A stretch of DNA of 52,634 nucleotides from an uncultured Candidatus Saccharibacteria bacterium. Its GTDB lineage: Bacteria; Patescibacteriota; WWE3; UBA101185; UBA10185. This document shows, piece by piece, positions 45,438-52,634 of this stretch. The stretch spans positions 1-52,634 of the forward strand of contig CAZBWW010000004.1 of NCBI GenBank assembly GCA_964496005.1, given 5' to 3'. Positions within the stretch are counted from its first letter, which is position 1; each line of letters begins with the position of its first letter. The position numbers were made by a program, and so were the translations under genes. The notes beneath the pieces are model-generated. The model was given only the letters and a program-made list of their open reading frames with translations. It searched no databases and was not told the origin of the DNA.

Positions 45438-45938
45438 TTAGAATTTAGAATGCTTTGTGCTTTGCGTTTTTGTAAGTTGGTATAACACCACCCCGCACGC
45501 TGTCGTTACATTTAAGGATTTATGTTTACCGTAATGAGAAATCTCAATAATGTGCGTTGCGTTTTTTAGAATTTTTGGTGATACGCCCTCTACTTCATTA
45601 CCAAATACAAGCACTGCGTTTTTATTTAGTTTATAATTTTTAAGCTCTTTACTTTTTTCTGACTGCTCTACGGCAATCAGCGATAGTTTTGCTTTGGAGG
45701 CAAATTTAATTAGAGCGTCTGCTGATTCCAAAAAAGTAATCGCAAGATCATTTTCTGACCCCAAAGCAGTCTTTTTAACATCCTCGTGCAATACAACTTT
45801 TCCCTGTGTATTAAAATTTTTTCCTGAATAACCAACTAAAATAACGTTGTATACGCCAAAGAAACTACAAGTACGAAAAACCGCACCGATATTATAAAGG
45901 CTTCTCACATTTTCTAACGCTATGTAGATGGTTTCCAC
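45438..45938 (-). CDS. SpoU/TrmH-family RNA 2'-O-methyltransferase
   Basis: 166 aa. Motifs NIGAVFRT and LVFGNEVEGV, with a SPOUT-knot C-terminus (LNVTTACGVVLY). GTG start. Confidence 0.8.
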   Translation of the reverse strand: METIYIALENVRSLYNIGAVFRTCSFFGVYNVILVGYSGKNFNTQGKVVLHEDVKKTALGSENDLAITFLESADALIKFASKAKLSLIAVEQSEKSKELKNYKLNKNAVLVFGNEVEGVSPKILKNATHIIEISHYGKHKSLNVTTACGVVLYQLTKTQSTKHSKF

Positions 45939-45940
45939 AA

Positions 45941-46831
45941 ATGCAGTATACTACAAGGTATATGCAAGATTTACAAAAAATTGCAAAAAAAGAACTGGGT
46001 CAAAATTTTTTAGCAAATCATAATGATATAAACACTATGGTTGGGGTATTTTTAGAACTGTTAATAGCAAATACCGGCAAACTGCTAGAGATAATAGAGA
46101 TTGGACCCGGACTTGGCGCACTAACAGAATCGCTTGTCGACAATACAGACAACAACACACTTATTCATGCTGTGGAGCTAGATGATAGATTTGCGCTGGA
46201 ATTACAAAAAAAATTTAACTCAAACTCAAAAATAGAAATTGTTCACACAAATATACTCGACTATTTACCAAGATTCGCTCCACGAGAAGCTGTAAATATT
46301 ATTGGGTCTCTTCCCTACTATATAACGTCTCCAATAATTCACGCGCTTTTGTATATGCGAGCTCAGCCTAACGTGTGTGTTTTATTAGTGCAAAAGGAGG
46401 TAGCCCGAAAAATAACTGCACTTCCGCCGGATGCATCATATTTTTCGACATTTGTACAAACTTTTTACCGTACAGAATACATACAAACAGTTGCGAAAGA
46501 AAATTTTGTACCTATTCCTAAAGTTGATGGCGCGATAATCAGATTGAGAAGAGCGCCTTTTTATAATACGATTAACAATGGTAAAAATACTGACGGGGGT
46601 GGCGTTGCTGAAAGCACTGGGGGCGTTATGGAAGAATCTCCAATCTCCCAAAACGAGCTAAAAAAATACGAAGGCTTTTTACATAAAGGTTTTTCAAATC
46701 CCAGAAAAATGCTTAACAAAATATTTACTGAAAAAGAACTTGAAAAGGTTGGCGTTGACGGCACACTCAGGCCTCAAAATCTAGGCGTAAATACATGGGT
46801 AAAAATGTTTAAACTGCTTACGTTTAATTAG
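45941..46831 (+). CDS. rsmA: 16S rRNA (adenine1518/1519-N6)-dimethyltransferase
   Basis: LGQNFL and the EIGPGLGALTE SAM motif. Alternative start at ATG 45962. Gly-rich insertion near residues 208-235. Confidence 0.9.
   Translation: MQYTTRYMQDLQKIAKKELGQNFLANHNDINTMVGVFLELLIANTGKLLEIIEIGPGLGALTESLVDNTDNNTLIHAVELDDRFALELQKKFNSNSKIEIVHTNILDYLPRFAPREAVNIIGSLPYYITSPIIHALLYMRAQPNVCVLLVQKEVARKITALPPDASYFSTFVQTFYRTEYIQTVAKENFVPIPKVDGAIIRLRRAPFYNTINNGKNTDGGGVAESTGGVMEESPISQNELKKYEGFLHKGFSNPRKMLNKIFTEKELEKVGVDGTLRPQNLGVNTWVKMFKLLTFN
45945..45952. promoter_or_regulatory. palindromic AGTATACT giving a TATACT -10 box on both strands
   Basis: The minus-strand TATACT is 6 nt from GTG 45938. The plus-strand TATACT is 9 nt from ATG 45962, the second in-frame Met of rsmA. 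Confidence 0.45.
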
Positions 46832-46900
46832 GACACGCTTCGCATTGTTTATTGCTTGTCGAACATCTCTTTTTAATTATTCTTTAAACTAGGTTTTAAT

Positions 46901-47713
46901 CTACTCTTCGACAACCGTGATATTTTCTATAATTACGTTTTCTGTCGGCGACGATGGTTCTCCGTTTGCATTTGCTACCACAGGCGTACTTGCAATAGTA
47001 TCAACTGTTGCAAAGCTATCAGCGTCTTCTACTTTACCAAAAATCACATAATTTGGCGGTAAAGGATAGTCTTGGTTCATAATAAAAAACTGGCTGCCGT
47101 TTGTATTTGGACCGGAATTCGCCATTGCCAAAACTCCTCTGGAATACTCCCCTTCGAAAGGCTCGTCAGCAAATTTGTAGCCGGGGTCTCCCGTTCCCCA
47201 AAACTCTTTCATCGTATCATCAGCTGTAAACGGATCACCAAACTGAGACATAAAATCCTTTATTATTCTGTGTGACTTTGTGCCGTTATAAAAACCTTCT
47301 TTTGCCAAAAACACAAAATTATTTACCGTCACGGGAACTGCTTCTTCAAACAGATCAACTTTGATTTCGCCTTTATTCGTTTTAATTACTGCTTTATAAT
47401 TTTTGCCTTGTACTAGCGTGAGCGCTGGCGCTTCTTTGTAAATTTTTGCGCCAAGTTGAGTATTATTTAAATTAACCGGCATATCTTCCTCCCCATCTAA
47501 ATTTTGTACTTCGTCAGTTTCACTTAATATATTCTCCGAGCTTTTATCCGTGTTATCAAGAATAGCCTGAGTTCCTGCAACCGCTTGTTCTTCGTTCTCA
47601 TCTTGGTGAGCGTTGTTTTGCGAAAAGAAAAATAAAGTTATGACCAAAATTATTAACACACCAAAAACAAGTAACATTATATTGTTGCTAGAGTTTATGT
47701 TGCTTTTTGTCAT
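46901..47713 (-). CDS. cyclophilin-type peptidyl-prolyl cis-trans isomerase with N-terminal membrane anchor
   Basis: Motifs HRIIKDFMSQFGDP and GVLAMANSGPNTNGSQFFI. Confidence 0.9.
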   Translation of the reverse strand: MTKSNINSSNNIMLLVFGVLIILVITLFFFSQNNAHQDENEEQAVAGTQAILDNTDKSSENILSETDEVQNLDGEEDMPVNLNNTQLGAKIYKEAPALTLVQGKNYKAVIKTNKGEIKVDLFEEAVPVTVNNFVFLAKEGFYNGTKSHRIIKDFMSQFGDPFTADDTMKEFWGTGDPGYKFADEPFEGEYSRGVLAMANSGPNTNGSQFFIMNQDYPLPPNYVIFGKVEDADSFATVDTIASTPVVANANGEPSSPTENVIIENITVVEE

Positions 47714-47868
47714 AAAATATAATTGTTGAATTAATTAGGCCCGCGCTCGGAACCCTTTTCTCTAGATTCTTTGCACGGACCTGTAAAGCCCGGCGAGTAT
47801 AGCGTAGAAACGACGGGCTTGGCTCCCTCGTCCAAATAAGACGATGGGTGTATTGTACAATATACACA

Positions 47869-48420
47869 ATGATAATAGAAGAGGAAATTCCAGAAGAAGA
47901 AATAGAGCTAATTCAAAAAGAGGCTGAGCACATTGTACGTGAAAACGTAGTTCTCGAATCAGGTGAGCCGGCTGTATTAGAAATAATATCCGATTTTTCA
48001 CACATAACTCCAGAACTAAAAAATTACCTGGCTGAACAAATGTGTGTTGTACAAAACCCGGAAGGCGTAATCCCGAATGAGGTGAGCGCTGTTTTAAGAC
48101 AAATGGCAAATAATTCCTATGACTTATATTACGTAAAAAATCCTAATGGGAATATGCTAGGTTTTGCAACGGTTTTTCCTGATGATACTCAAAAGGATGC
48201 GTGTTATATTAACAAGGTTCAAACTGCACCGCTACACAGACAAAAAGGTATTGCGAAAACCCTAATTATGAAAACACAAGAAAACTTTAACCGGGTTATG
48301 TTTATCAACATAATACAAGATGAAAAGATAAAGCAGGCGCTAAATAATTTTTATATACGGCTCGGTTTTCGCCAAATGGACGGAAACATACTTATATGGA
48401 ATAGTGGTAATAAAAAATGA
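47869..48420 (+). CDS. GNAT-family N-acetyltransferase
   Basis: Acetyl-CoA motif HRQKGIAKTLI. ATG 47869 has TACAAT 7 nt upstream. The track ORF starts at GTG 47848. Confidence 0.75.
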   Translation: MIIEEEIPEEEIELIQKEAEHIVRENVVLESGEPAVLEIISDFSHITPELKNYLAEQMCVVQNPEGVIPNEVSAVLRQMANNSYDLYYVKNPNGNMLGFATVFPDDTQKDACYINKVQTAPLHRQKGIAKTLIMKTQENFNRVMFINIIQDEKIKQALNNFYIRLGFRQMDGNILIWNSGNKK

Positions 48421-49373
48421 GCAAACACATAATACAATCCCCACAATGGGGAGAGTTTAAAACAAAATATGGCACCCCAGCAGTACGTGTAAACGGTACA
48501 AACAACACGTATGCGCAGTACACAATTCACAAAATCCCAAAAACAAACTTTGCGGTTGCATACTGCCCGAAGGTAAACCCGGAAAACATTGATTGGGAGC
48601 CTTTAATTATGTCAGCAAAAGAAAATGGCTGTTTTAGAATTAACTTCGACGCACCTTACGTACTAAAAGGTACTCCGGAAGAAAAGCGGGCTGTAGCACT
48701 TTTTGAAACGCATGAAAATGTCCGGAAAGCACCAAAAAACTTATTTACAAAATACAACATTTTGCTTGATCTTACAGGTTCGGAAAACGAACTACTTGCG
48801 AACATGGCATCTAAACACCGCTATAATATAAAATACGCGCAAAAAAGCGGTGTAACTACAAGAATCGGTGAAACCCCCGAAGATTTTGAAATCTTTTGGA
48901 AACTGTCTGATGAAACCGCTAAGCGCCAAAAATTTCTTATCCACCCGCGGGAATATTATTTAAAAGTGTGGGAAACTTTACACCCAGAGGCCATGGCTCA
49001 TTTGTTAATTACGGAGTTTAAAGGCGAACCGCTTGCAGCCTGGATGCTGTTTACTTACGAAAATGTTTTGTATTACCCATACGGTAGCTCATCCGAAAAA
49101 CATAAAAATTTACACGCGAGTAATTTAATCGGCTGGGAAGCTATAAAATTTGGAAAGGCTCGTGGATGTAAAATTTTTGATATGTGGGGTGCATGTAAAG
49201 ATTTGGAAGATGCTACTGATCCGGAATGGGGTTTTAGTAATTTTAAAATTAAATTTGGCGGAAGGCACGTTGAGTATATGGATTCATACGATTATGTAAT
49301 TAATCCCACGTTGTATAAACTTTTTAATGTTGCTTACCCTATGGCGATTGGGTTGTTAAAAAAGCTTAAGTAG
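48417..49373 (+). CDS. FemAB-family peptidoglycan peptide-bridge aminoacyltransferase (lipid II:aminoacyl-tRNA transferase-like)
   Basis: 318 aa. The N-terminus IIQSPQWGEFKTKYG is typical of the FemAB family, and YRYNIKYAQKSGV is also present. Coupled to the GNAT gene (ATGA). Confidence 0.8.
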   Translation: MSKHIIQSPQWGEFKTKYGTPAVRVNGTNNTYAQYTIHKIPKTNFAVAYCPKVNPENIDWEPLIMSAKENGCFRINFDAPYVLKGTPEEKRAVALFETHENVRKAPKNLFTKYNILLDLTGSENELLANMASKHRYNIKYAQKSGVTTRIGETPEDFEIFWKLSDETAKRQKFLIHPREYYLKVWETLHPEAMAHLLITEFKGEPLAAWMLFTYENVLYYPYGSSSEKHKNLHASNLIGWEAIKFGKARGCKIFDMWGACKDLEDATDPEWGFSNFKIKFGGRHVEYMDSYDYVINPTLYKLFNVAYPMAIGLLKKLK

Positions 49374-49438
49374 AAAATAAATTATCAACAAGCTATAAGG
49401 TAAGTATTAACAGTAATGCACAGAACGCATAAAAATTC

Positions 49439-52400
49439 TTAGCCTTTGAACGCGAACGGACAAATAGCCCTAAAGTCGCACCAGCTGCAATGCTTTCCGG
49501 GAGTCGCCTCAAAATTACCTGACTGCATTTCTTTAATTACTTTCACTACATCGGCCCGCTTTTTTTCCAGCTGTGCTTGTGTTCTTGTTGTTGTAACTTT
49601 TTCACCCTGCTCAACAAAATACAAGCTCATTTTTTTCGGTTCAAGGTGAAGTGCTTCTTTAACGGCAATTGCGTAAAACGCAACCTGATCATCGGCATCA
49701 ACTTCTTTTTGGGTTTTTGCCTGACCGGTTTTATAATCAATAATCTCTACACCACCGTCGGCCAAAGGATCAATCCTATCAATTCTGCCAAAAAACTTTA
49801 TGCCGCCGATTTTTATATTAAAGCTTTGTTCTAAAGCTACAGGCATAACAGCTAGCTGCTTATTATTTTCGTAATATTTTGCAAGTAACTGTTTCCCACT
49901 TTCAAATCTGATTTCTCGGTGTTTTTTATCAGGGTAGCCTAGCGGTTGCCAATTTTTCTCATACATTTGAAGCAACTCGGTTAAAGTAACGTTTTCTTTT
50001 GCAAGCTGTGCCGAATGAAAATCACGTAAGGTATCGTGAATTGTTATCCCAAAGCTAAGTGCGTGATTAGGCGGTGTCGGTACATACAGCACATACTTAT
50101 AACGGTATAGTAGCGGACATGTTTTATAGTCGCTTATTTTTGAGTAACTAAGATTATTTGGCGTATGCTTTCCAAGTTGTTTCGCTTCGGGACTTCTAAA
50201 TTCCGATGATACGCCAAATAAACTATCCTGGGCCTTCCTTGTATTCACTTCTTCTAACTCTTTAGGTTTAATTCCCGTCTCGGTAACATACCCACTAAGT
50301 ACCTTGTCTCTTTTCCCACCGTAATTTTTTGCAGCCGTTAGGTATAAGTATTTTTGCGCCCGCGTCATACCTACGTAAAATAATCTGCGCTCTTCCTGCA
50401 AATGGGAATTCCCAACAGGTAAACTCTCTTTTATTAGGTTGTCCGGTATTTCTATTTCTTCTTTTCTATCCCTAGTCGGAAACCTGTCACCTACTAAATT
50501 AATCATAAACACTACCGGAAATTCGAGCCCCTTACTTGCGTGCACTGTTAAAAGGTTAATTGTGTCTATATCTTCGATTTCCGCTTGTGCAGGATTCTCT
50601 CCAGCCTCAATCATCAATTCTATATAATCCAAAAAATTTACGATGGTTGGGATTTCTTTAGTGTCTGCTCTGTAAGCAAGCTCAAATTTTTTTACTCTAT
50701 CTAAAAATAAATTTAAATTTCTTATACTTAACTGATTTTCTACTGTCTCTTCCGCTACGAATTGTTTTATATACCCGATGTCTGTAACTAGCTCGTGTAC
50801 TAATTCGACCGGCGTTTTATCAGTTATCAACTGTTGATACTGTGAAATTTTCTCGTAAAGGGAAATAATTTTTGTATCTATACTTCTTTTAATCACATCC
50901 CACATATCAAGTTTCTTAAACTTGGTGTCTGAGAGAATTTTCGCTATTTCTTCATTCGATATTTCGAATGTACTTATGTTTAATACTCTATATAAACTAA
51001 TTGGGTCGTTTACATTCACTATAACTTTTAGTAAGGCAAGAATATCTCTTACTTCTTCTCTATCATATAACCCGCGATTGCCAACAAGCTGATACGGTAA
51101 GCTGTATTTTCTTAATGCAAAAATAAACGCATCTAAATGGTTGTTTGCACGAGCTAGAATAGCAAAATCTTTATAATTAAATGTCGGCTCACGGCCAAGA
51201 ATTTCTAAAATTTTGCGGACGACAAAATCAACCTCATCTTCTACAGTTTTTGCTATAAATGCTTCTGGAGTTATACCTCCGCGCTTTTGCAAACTTTTAA
51301 GTTCTTTTGATATTCCAAGTTTTGCTTCTAGTGTATCGGGATTATTGTTCTGAATTAATTTGTATGCCGGATCAAGTATTTCCTGCGATGATCTGTAGTT
51401 TTCTAATAAAGTAATCATTTTGCTAGTGGGGTAATCTTTTTGAAATTCCAGAATATTCGAAACAGCTGCCCCTCTAAATTTATAAATTGACTGAGAATCG
51501 TCTCCTACAACAAGTAAGCTGCGTACACCGATTTCTACCTTGTTTGTAGACTTTAAGTCGTTTTCTGTTTTTTTAGAAGTTTTTCTCTCTGCGTCTTCCG
51601 GTGGGAAAAGTAGTTTTATTAACTCATATTGGGCGTAATTTGTATCCTGAAACTCGTCAACCAAAATGTGCTTAAACTGCCGCTGATATTTCTTTAATAT
51701 TAATGGGCGGTTTTTAAATAAGCGAGTGGTCCATAAAATCAAGTCCCCGAAATCCATTTTTGAGTGCTTAAGTTTAAGTGCTTCATATTTTTGGTAAATG
51801 CGAAGAAGTTCTTGCCAACGTGGTAAGGCGTCAGTTTCCAATATTACCTCTGTTTCATAATTTTCATTTTTCTCTGTATTTTCTGGTGTGTTAGTATTTC
51901 CAGCCCTTTTGGCAATTTTTACCATTTCTGCCCTTTTTGCATCTGTAAACAGCGATTCCCTATTTTCTAACCCCACTACAAACTGTTCGAATTCCTGTAC
52001 CGACACGTTTTCATCTTGTAGTCGGGAAATAAATTTTAAAATTGCCGAAATAAATTTTGTTGGATTACCCAAAGGTCGAAAATAATTTAACTCAAAATCA
52101 AAAAGGTGCTGCTGCAATAACAACCACTGCTCAGGGTAAGACATAATTTTATACCCCGAATCCAACCCAATCTCCAGCCCCTCGGCTTTTAAAATACGAT
52201 CTGCAAAAGCGTGAAAGGTATATAACCACGGCTCTTCATAACCTAAGGGCATAGCATCGTCCAGACGAGAGAGCATTTCGGTTGAAGCTTTTTCGGTAAA
52301 AGTAACAGCTAGGATTTGCTTTGGATCTACTTTTTGCGTTTTTATTAAATATTTTATTCGTTCGGTAATAACACGAGTTTTGCCCGTACCCGCACCTGCT

Positions 52401-52477
52401 ACAACCAATAACGGTCCCGCTTTGTGCTGAACGGCTTTTTTTTGGTTTTCATTAAGGGTTAATTTGGATTTTGCCAT
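49439..52477 (-). CDS. UvrD-type helicase fused to a C-terminal Fe-S PD-(D/E)XK (AddB/Cas4-like) nuclease domain
   Basis: Helicase motifs AGAGTGKT, VDEFQDTN and TVHASKGLEF. C-terminal nuclease motifs GRIDRID, EIIDYK and QVAFY. Cysteines: C...CSWCDFRAIC (Cx2Cx5C). Confidence 0.9.
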   Translation of the reverse strand: MAKSKLTLNENQKKAVQHKAGPLLVVAGAGTGKTRVITERIKYLIKTQKVDPKQILAVTFTEKASTEMLSRLDDAMPLGYEEPWLYTFHAFADRILKAEGLEIGLDSGYKIMSYPEQWLLLQQHLFDFELNYFRPLGNPTKFISAILKFISRLQDENVSVQEFEQFVVGLENRESLFTDAKRAEMVKIAKRAGNTNTPENTEKNENYETEVILETDALPRWQELLRIYQKYEALKLKHSKMDFGDLILWTTRLFKNRPLILKKYQRQFKHILVDEFQDTNYAQYELIKLLFPPEDAERKTSKKTENDLKSTNKVEIGVRSLLVVGDDSQSIYKFRGAAVSNILEFQKDYPTSKMITLLENYRSSQEILDPAYKLIQNNNPDTLEAKLGISKELKSLQKRGGITPEAFIAKTVEDEVDFVVRKILEILGREPTFNYKDFAILARANNHLDAFIFALRKYSLPYQLVGNRGLYDREEVRDILALLKVIVNVNDPISLYRVLNISTFEISNEEIAKILSDTKFKKLDMWDVIKRSIDTKIISLYEKISQYQQLITDKTPVELVHELVTDIGYIKQFVAEETVENQLSIRNLNLFLDRVKKFELAYRADTKEIPTIVNFLDYIELMIEAGENPAQAEIEDIDTINLLTVHASKGLEFPVVFMINLVGDRFPTRDRKEEIEIPDNLIKESLPVGNSHLQEERRLFYVGMTRAQKYLYLTAAKNYGGKRDKVLSGYVTETGIKPKELEEVNTRKAQDSLFGVSSEFRSPEAKQLGKHTPNNLSYSKISDYKTCPLLYRYKYVLYVPTPPNHALSFGITIHDTLRDFHSAQLAKENVTLTELLQMYEKNWQPLGYPDKKHREIRFESGKQLLAKYYENNKQLAVMPVALEQSFNIKIGGIKFFGRIDRIDPLADGGVEIIDYKTGQAKTQKEVDADDQVAFYAIAVKEALHLEPKKMSLYFVEQGEKVTTTRTQAQLEKKRADVVKVIKEMQSGNFEATPGKHCSWCDFRAICPFAFKG

Positions 52478-52494
52478 AATTTTTTGCTTTAGTA

Positions 52495-52511
52495 AGCCGG
52501 TTTTACCGGCT
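52495..52511. promoter_or_regulatory. perfect palindrome AGCCGGTtttACCGGCT in a divergent intergenic region (candidate operator or hairpin)
   Basis: Read directly. It lies about 38 nt upstream of the -10 box at 52546-52554. Confidence 0.35.
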
Positions 52512-52545
52512 GATGTTGATTATACATGAAGAAAGCCGCCTGGTA

Positions 52546-52554
52546 TGCTATAAT
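52546..52554 (+). promoter_or_regulatory. extended -10 TGcTATAAT for the partial gene at the window end
   Basis: Read directly. A leader of about 40 nt ends in SD GAAGGAGG. Confidence 0.5.
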
Positions 52555-52595
52555 ACACCCCATAGTACGTATCCCGCTGGGCGAAGGAGGAAAAA

Positions 52596-52634
52596 GTGGA
52601 GATCTTGGCGGTTGTGGCACCGTTAGTAGTCGTC
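52596..52634 (+). CDS. partial CDS (5' end only), hydrophobic N-terminus
   Basis: GTG start 5 nt after GAAGGAGG, reading VEILAVVAPLVVV... G+C-rich like the other SD-led genes. Truncated by the window edge. Confidence 0.4.
   Translation, partial: MEILAVVAPLVVV

Noticed and set aside
47762-48109. 115-aa minus-strand ORF overlapping the GNAT gene start
   Set aside because: It has no recognisable motif or start signals, while the GNAT frame carries the acetyl-CoA binding motif.
1-52634. CRISPR arrays, rRNA genes, transposases, integrases or a prophage
   Set aside because: I saw no regularly spaced direct repeats, no rRNA-like segments and no ORF with recombinase or transposase motifs. The tRNA-flanked segments lack duplicated attachment sites.
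1-52634. Alternative genetic code (UGA recoded, as in some CPR lineages)
   Set aside because: Conserved proteins (ProRS, TsaD, DnaG, RpoD, GAPDH, PcrA) are full length under code 11. TGA also functions as a stop, for example at the NUDIX and PIG-L genes.

Overview
AT-rich, tightly packed bacterial window. By inference it comes from a small-genome, CPR/Patescibacteria-like organism: enzymes are minimal, there are many orphan membrane proteins, and standard code 11 gives full-length ORFs. About 55 protein genes and 6 tRNA genes are supportable. All six tRNAs carry an encoded CCA: Ser-GCT, Arg-GCG, Arg-CCG, Ala-CGC, Ser-CGA, Ser-GGA. Housekeeping genes: proS, tsaD, TatD-family hydrolase, an OmpR-type two-component pair, mscL, the dnaG-rpoD operon, pgi, gap, thioredoxin, a D-Ala-D-Ala carboxypeptidase, pcrA, a SpoU/TrmH methyltransferase, rsmA, cyclophilin, a GNAT plus FemAB pair, and a 1012-aa UvrD-type helicase fused to an Fe-S PD-(D/E)XK nuclease. 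Envelope genes: a GT2 with QxxRW, an MraY/WecA-family GT4, and a Wzz-like protein. I see no rRNA, CRISPR array, integrase or transposase. Main observations: (1) At least 20 operon-leading genes have a -10 hexamer, often extended as TGn, exactly 6-7 nt upstream of the start codon with no SD. This implies pervasive leaderless expression, and several divergent start codons lie only 2-44 nt apart. (2) A contrasting set of visibly G+C-richer plus-strand genes (17621-17881, 18158-18514, 19450-20340, 34020-34622, and a partial gene at 52596) has sigma70-type promoters (three with -35/-10 boxes, four mapped), leaders, strong AGGAGG-type SDs and long-loop GC hairpins (the four complete genes). Two of them are tandem paralogous small Cys-pair membrane proteins. 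(3) A minus-strand operon (14151-17445, with a small membrane gene downstream at 13795-14070) encodes a polytopic membrane protein, a 611-aa protein with a C-terminal HEFGH...E gluzincin-like domain, and a tightly coupled 118-aa protein. This is my best candidate for an undescribed effector/immunity-like or membrane-proteolysis module. (4) Two tRNA-Arg genes are identical except at anticodon position 34, and one has the bacterially unusual GCG anticodon. All functional calls rest on motif recognition by eye; no database search was run.
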